From the IMG/VR virus record IMGVR_UViG_2718218133_000007: DNA of 46,024 nt. One strand, given 5' to 3'. The notes beneath the pieces were generated by a model. That model saw only the letters and a list, made by a program, of their open reading frames with translations. It did no database searches and was not told the DNA's origin. Positions 42,707-46,024 of the stretch are shown one piece after another. The first letter of the stretch is position 1; every line of letters starts with the position of its first letter. A program made the translations under genes and the position numbers. The DNA comes from a virus (taxonomy: Duplodnaviria; Heunggongvirae; Uroviricota; Caudoviricetes).

Positions 42707-43383
42707 CACCGGACATTATCCTGCAGCGTACCGGGATCGACGTGAGAGCTGTCGAACAGGGGGATGATGCATGGCACAAATTACGGCTCGGCGTCATCAC
42801 CGCTTCAGAAGTTCACAACGTGATAGCCAAGCCCCGCTCAGGAAAGAAGTGGCCTGACATGAAAATGTCCTACTTCCACACCCTGCTGGCTGAGGTTTGC
42901 ACCGGTGTGGCTCCGGAAGTTAATGCTAAGGCGCTGGCATGGGGAAAACAGTACGAGAACGACGCCAGAACTCTGTTTGAATTCACTTCCGGCGTGAATG
43001 TTACTGAATCCCCGATCATCTATCGCGACGAAAGTATGCGCACCGCCTGCTCTCCCGATGGTTTATGCAGTGACGGCAATGGCCTTGAGCTGAAATGCCC
43101 GTTTACCTCCCGGGATTTCATGAAGTTCCGGCTCGGTGGTTTCGAGGCCATAAAGTCGGCTTACATGGCCCAGGTGCAGTACAGCATGTGGGTGACACGA
43201 AAAGATGCCTGGTACTTTGCCAACTATGACCCGCGTATGAAGCGTGAAGGACTGCATTATGTCGTGGTTGAGCGGGATGAAAAGTACATGGCGAGTTTTG
43301 ACGAGATGGTGCCGGAGTTCATCGAAAAAATGGACGAGGCACTGGCTGAAATTGGTTTTGTATTTGGGGAGCAATGGCGATGA
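42703..43383 (+). CDS. exo: Exo (lambda exonuclease, Red-alpha)
   Basis: 226-aa ORF matching recalled lambda Exo. Confidence 0.95.
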   Translation: MTPDIILQRTGIDVRAVEQGDDAWHKLRLGVITASEVHNVIAKPRSGKKWPDMKMSYFHTLLAEVCTGVAPEVNAKALAWGKQYENDARTLFEFTSGVNVTESPIIYRDESMRTACSPDGLCSDGNGLELKCPFTSRDFMKFRLGGFEAIKSAYMAQVQYSMWVTRKDAWYFANYDPRMKREGLHYVVVERDEKYMASFDEMVPEFIEKMDEALAEIGFVFGEQWR

Positions 43384-43562
43384 CGCATCCTCACGATAAT
43401 ATCCGGGTAGGCGCGATCACTTTCGTCTACTCCGTTACAAAGCGAGGCTGGGTATTTCCCGGCCTTTCTGTTATCAGAAATCCACTGAAAGCACAGCGGC
43501 TGGCTGAGAAGATAAATAATAAACGGGAGGCGGTATGCACAAAGCATCTCCTGTTGAGTTAA
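43374..43562 (+). CDS. small hypothetical protein (lambda orf60a-like)
   Basis: 62-aa ORF overlapping exo stop; resembles a small lambda ORF from memory. Confidence 0.5.
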   Translation: MAMTHPHDNIRVGAITFVYSVTKRGWVFPGLSVIRNPLKAQRLAEKINNKREAVCTKHLLLS

Positions 43563-43726
43563 GAACGAGTATTGAGATGGCACATAGCCTTGCTCAAATT
43601 GGAGTCAGGTTTGTGCCAATACCAGTAGAAACAGACGAAGAATTTCATACGTTAGCCACATCCCTTTCACAAAAGCTGGAAATGATGGTGGCGAAAGCAG
43701 AAGCAGATGAGAGAGACCAGGTATGA
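43535..43726 (+). CDS. small hypothetical protein (lambda orf63-like)
   Basis: 63-aa ORF, acidic C-terminus. Confidence 0.5.
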   Translation: MHKASPVELRTSIEMAHSLAQIGVRFVPIPVETDEEFHTLATSLSQKLEMMVAKAEADERDQV

Positions 43727-43836
43727 CAACCACTGAATGCATTTTTCTGGCAGCGGGCTTCATATTCTGTGTGCTTATGCTTGCCGACATGGGGCTTGTT
43801 TAATGACACCTCAGCAAGAAAACGCCCTTCGCAGCA

Positions 43837-44019
43837 TTGCCCGTCAGGCTAATTCTGAAATCAAAAAAAGCCAGACAGCAGTTTCCGGATAAAAACGTCG
43901 ATGACATTTGCCGTAGCGTACTGAAGAAGCACCGCGAAACGGTAACGCTGATGGGATTCACACCAACTCATTTAAGCCTGGCGATCGGCATGTTAAACGG
44001 CGTCTTTAAGGAACGATGA
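43837..44019 (+). CDS. small hypothetical protein
   Basis: 60-aa ORF in the early-left operon. Confidence 0.35.
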   Translation: MPVRLILKSKKARQQFPDKNVDDICRSVLKKHRETVTLMGFTPTHLSLAIGMLNGVFKER

Positions 44020-44117
44020 ACATGAAAAGCAAAATTATCAGGGAGCTACAGGCTCCTTTTTTATTGTTCGCATTCACCCTCAAGCGTATTAACCAACAGT
44101 TCAGGGATTAATGAAAG

Positions 44118-44336
44118 ATGGCAGACATCATTGATTCAGCATCAGAAATCGAAGAATTACAGCGCAATACAGCAATAAAAATGCGTCGTCAGAACTACCA
44201 GACTGTATCCGCAACTCATTGTTGTGAGTGTGGCGATCCGATAGCTGAGCGAAGACGCCTGGCTGTTCAGGGTTGTCGGACTTGTGCAAGTTGCCAGGAG
44301 GAGATCGAACTTAAGAACAAACAATGGGGACTGTGA
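44118..44336 (+). CDS. DksA/TraR-family C4 zinc-finger protein
   Basis: 72-aa ORF with CxxC…(17)…CxxC (CCECGDPIAERRRLAVQGCRTCASCQ). Confidence 0.75.
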   Translation: MADIIDSASEIEELQRNTAIKMRRQNYQTVSATHCCECGDPIAERRRLAVQGCRTCASCQEEIELKNKQWGL

Positions 44337-44383
44337 TGGCCTCAAAGCAGCAAATTTCAACATCGTCCAACTGAGGTGTAAAA

Positions 44384-44662
44384 ATGTTCAGAATCATTTT
44401 TCCTAACACCTGGTACGTCGACCACCACGGCACTCCCTGCAAAATCCTGCGTTCTACCCACAACAAAGTTCACTACATCCGAAAAGGCAGAACATGTATC
44501 GCCAGCATGTTCCGCTTTAATCATGACTTTGAACCTGTGAATAAAGCTGATGCAGATCGGATAGCAGAAGAGATCGAAACGGCAGAACACATTAAGAAGT
44601 TACGTGACATGCGTTCAAAAAGCAGAGGTAACCATGGAATCATACAGCCTCACACTCGATGA
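44384..44662 (+). CDS. hypothetical protein (92 aa)
   Basis: ORF between the zinc-finger gene and xis-like gene; no family recognised. Confidence 0.4.
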   Translation: MFRIIFPNTWYVDHHGTPCKILRSTHNKVHYIRKGRTCIASMFRFNHDFEPVNKADADRIAEEIETAEHIKKLRDMRSKSRGNHGIIQPHTR

Positions 44663-45005
44663 GGCCTGTCAGTTTCTTAAGATATCCAGACCAACCGCCA
44701 CCAACTGGATACGAACAGGCCGCCTACAGGCAACACGTAAAGATCCAACCAAGCCAAAATCTCCTTACCTCACAACACGGCAAGCCTGCATTGCGGCGCT
44801 TCAGTCTCCGCTGCATACTGTCCAGGTGAGCGCGGGTGATGGCATAACAGAGGAAAGAAAATGTCACTCTTCCGCAGAAATGAAATATGGTATGCCTCGT
44901 ATTCGCTCCCGGGCGGGAAACGAATTAAGGAATCTCTTGGCACAAAGGACAAGCGGCAAGCTCAGGAGTTGCACGACAAGCGAAAAGCAGAACTCTGGCG
45001 AGTAG
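44634..45005 (+). CDS. xis: excisionase-like HTH protein (Xis/AlpA-type); C-terminal extent uncertain
   Basis: N-terminal …[29 protein letters not shown]… excisionase-family HTH; directly upstream of and overlapping int; ORF is longer than typical Xis. Confidence 0.5.
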   Translation: MESYSLTLDEACQFLKISRPTATNWIRTGRLQATRKDPTKPKSPYLTTRQACIAALQSPLHTVQVSAGDGITEERKCHSSAEMKYGMPRIRSRAGNELRNLLAQRTSGKLRSCTTSEKQNSGE

Positions 45006-46024
45006 AAAAGCTAGGGGATTTACCTGATGTCACTTTTGAAGAGGCCTGCCTAAGATGGCTTGAGGAAAAAGCTGATAAAAAATCTCTCGATTCAGATAAA
45101 AGCCGGATTGAGTTCTGGCTTGAACATTTTGAGGGTATAAGGCTTAAAGATATCTCGGAGGCAAAGATTTACTCTGCTGTAAGCAGAATGCATAACAGAA
45201 AGACGAAAGAAATATGGAAACAGAAAGTTCAGGCCGCCATCAGGAAAGGTAAAGAACTGCCTGTTTATGAACCAAAGCCAGTATCAACTCAGACAAAGGC
45301 AAAGCATCTTGCCATGATAAAGGCCATTCTCCGTGCTGCAGAACGCGACTGGAAGTGGCTGGAAAAAGCGCCTGTCATCAAGATACCAGCGGTCAGAAAC
45401 AAGCGAGTCAGATGGCTGGAAAAGGAGGAAGCAAAACGCCTTATTGATGAGTGCCCCGAACCACTGAAATCTGTCGTCAAGTTTGCGCTGGCAACTGGTC
45501 TGAGAAAGTCGAACATCATAAATCTGGAATGGCAACAAATCGACATGCAGCGACGAGTTGCCTGGGTGAATCCAGAAGAGAGCAAATCAAACCGCGCCAT
45601 TGGTGTGGCGCTGAACGATACCGCCTGTAAAGTGTTGCGTGATCAAATAGGCAAGCATCACAAATGGGTGTTTGTACATACCAAGGCGGCTAAGCGAGCA
45701 GATGGAACATCAACGCCTGCGGTCAGGAAGATGCGCATCGACAGCAAGACATCATGGCTATCAGCTTGTCGTCGTGCAGGAATTGAAGATTTCCGTTTCC
45801 ATGACCTCAGACACACCTGGGCAAGCTGGCTGATTCAGTCAGGCGTCCCATTATCAGTGCTTCAGGAAATGGGCGGATGGGAGTCCATAGAAATGGTTCG
45901 TAGGTATGCTCACCTTGCGCCTAATCATTTGACAGAGCATGCGAGGAAAATAGACGACATTTTTGGTGATAATGTCCCAAATATGTCCCACTCTGGAATT
46001 ATGGAGGATATAAAGAAGGCGTAA
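44861..46024 (+). CDS. intD: tyrosine integrase (IntD-like, DLP12 type)
   Basis: 387-aa ORF; C-terminal catalytic region [11 protein letters not shown]…MVRRYAHL (R…HxxR…Y); matches recollection of DLP12 IntD; stop at window end. Confidence 0.9.
   Translation: MSLFRRNEIWYASYSLPGGKRIKESLGTKDKRQAQELHDKRKAELWRVEKLGDLPDVTFEEACLRWLEEKADKKSLDSDKSRIEFWLEHFEGIRLKDISEAKIYSAVSRMHNRKTKEIWKQKVQAAIRKGKELPVYEPKPVSTQTKAKHLAMIKAILRAAERDWKWLEKAPVIKIPAVRNKRVRWLEKEEAKRLIDECPEPLKSVVKFALATGLRKSNIINLEWQQIDMQRRVAWVNPEESKSNRAIGVALNDTACKVLRDQIGKHHKWVFVHTKAAKRADGTSTPAVRKMRIDSKTSWLSACRRAGIEDFRFHDLRHTWASWLIQSGVPLSVLQEMGGWESIEMVRRYAHLAPNHLTEHARKIDDIFGDNVPNMSHSGIMEDIKKA

Overview
The window is almost entirely one lambdoid prophage of Escherichia/Shigella type, read here in reverse orientation: late and structural genes are on the minus strand, the integrase is at the right edge on the plus strand, and an AppY-like regulator sits at the left edge. 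The gene set (appY, emrE, ybcK, ybcN, ninE, ybcO, rusA, a QuuD-like Q, a phage-21-type lysis cassette, ybcV-like) marks it as DLP12-lineage, but unlike the defective K-12 copy it carries a full lambda-like morphogenesis module (Nu1 through J, lom, stf), a lambda-type cos site, a cI/cro immunity region, O/P replication genes with ori iterons, and gam/bet/exo. The accessory content is where the interest lies: (1) a complete IS1 with a 9-bp target duplication inserted just upstream of the holin gene; (2) a three-gene cargo island between Q and the lysis genes (second AppY-like AraC regulator, YbgA-like DUF523/DUF1722 protein, Blc-like lipocalin); (3) a cassette between ybcN and ybcK holding two small unknown proteins around a ~460-bp ORF-free stretch with stem-loops; (4) an emrE plus large serine recombinase pair bordered by inverted repeats; (5) a mosaic tail-fibre module. 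No recognisable N antiterminator or lambda-type cII was found. All calls rest on reading the sequence and on recalled protein families; no searches were run. My base-level positions for short motifs can be off by a base or two, so CDS coordinates follow the supplied ORF track.
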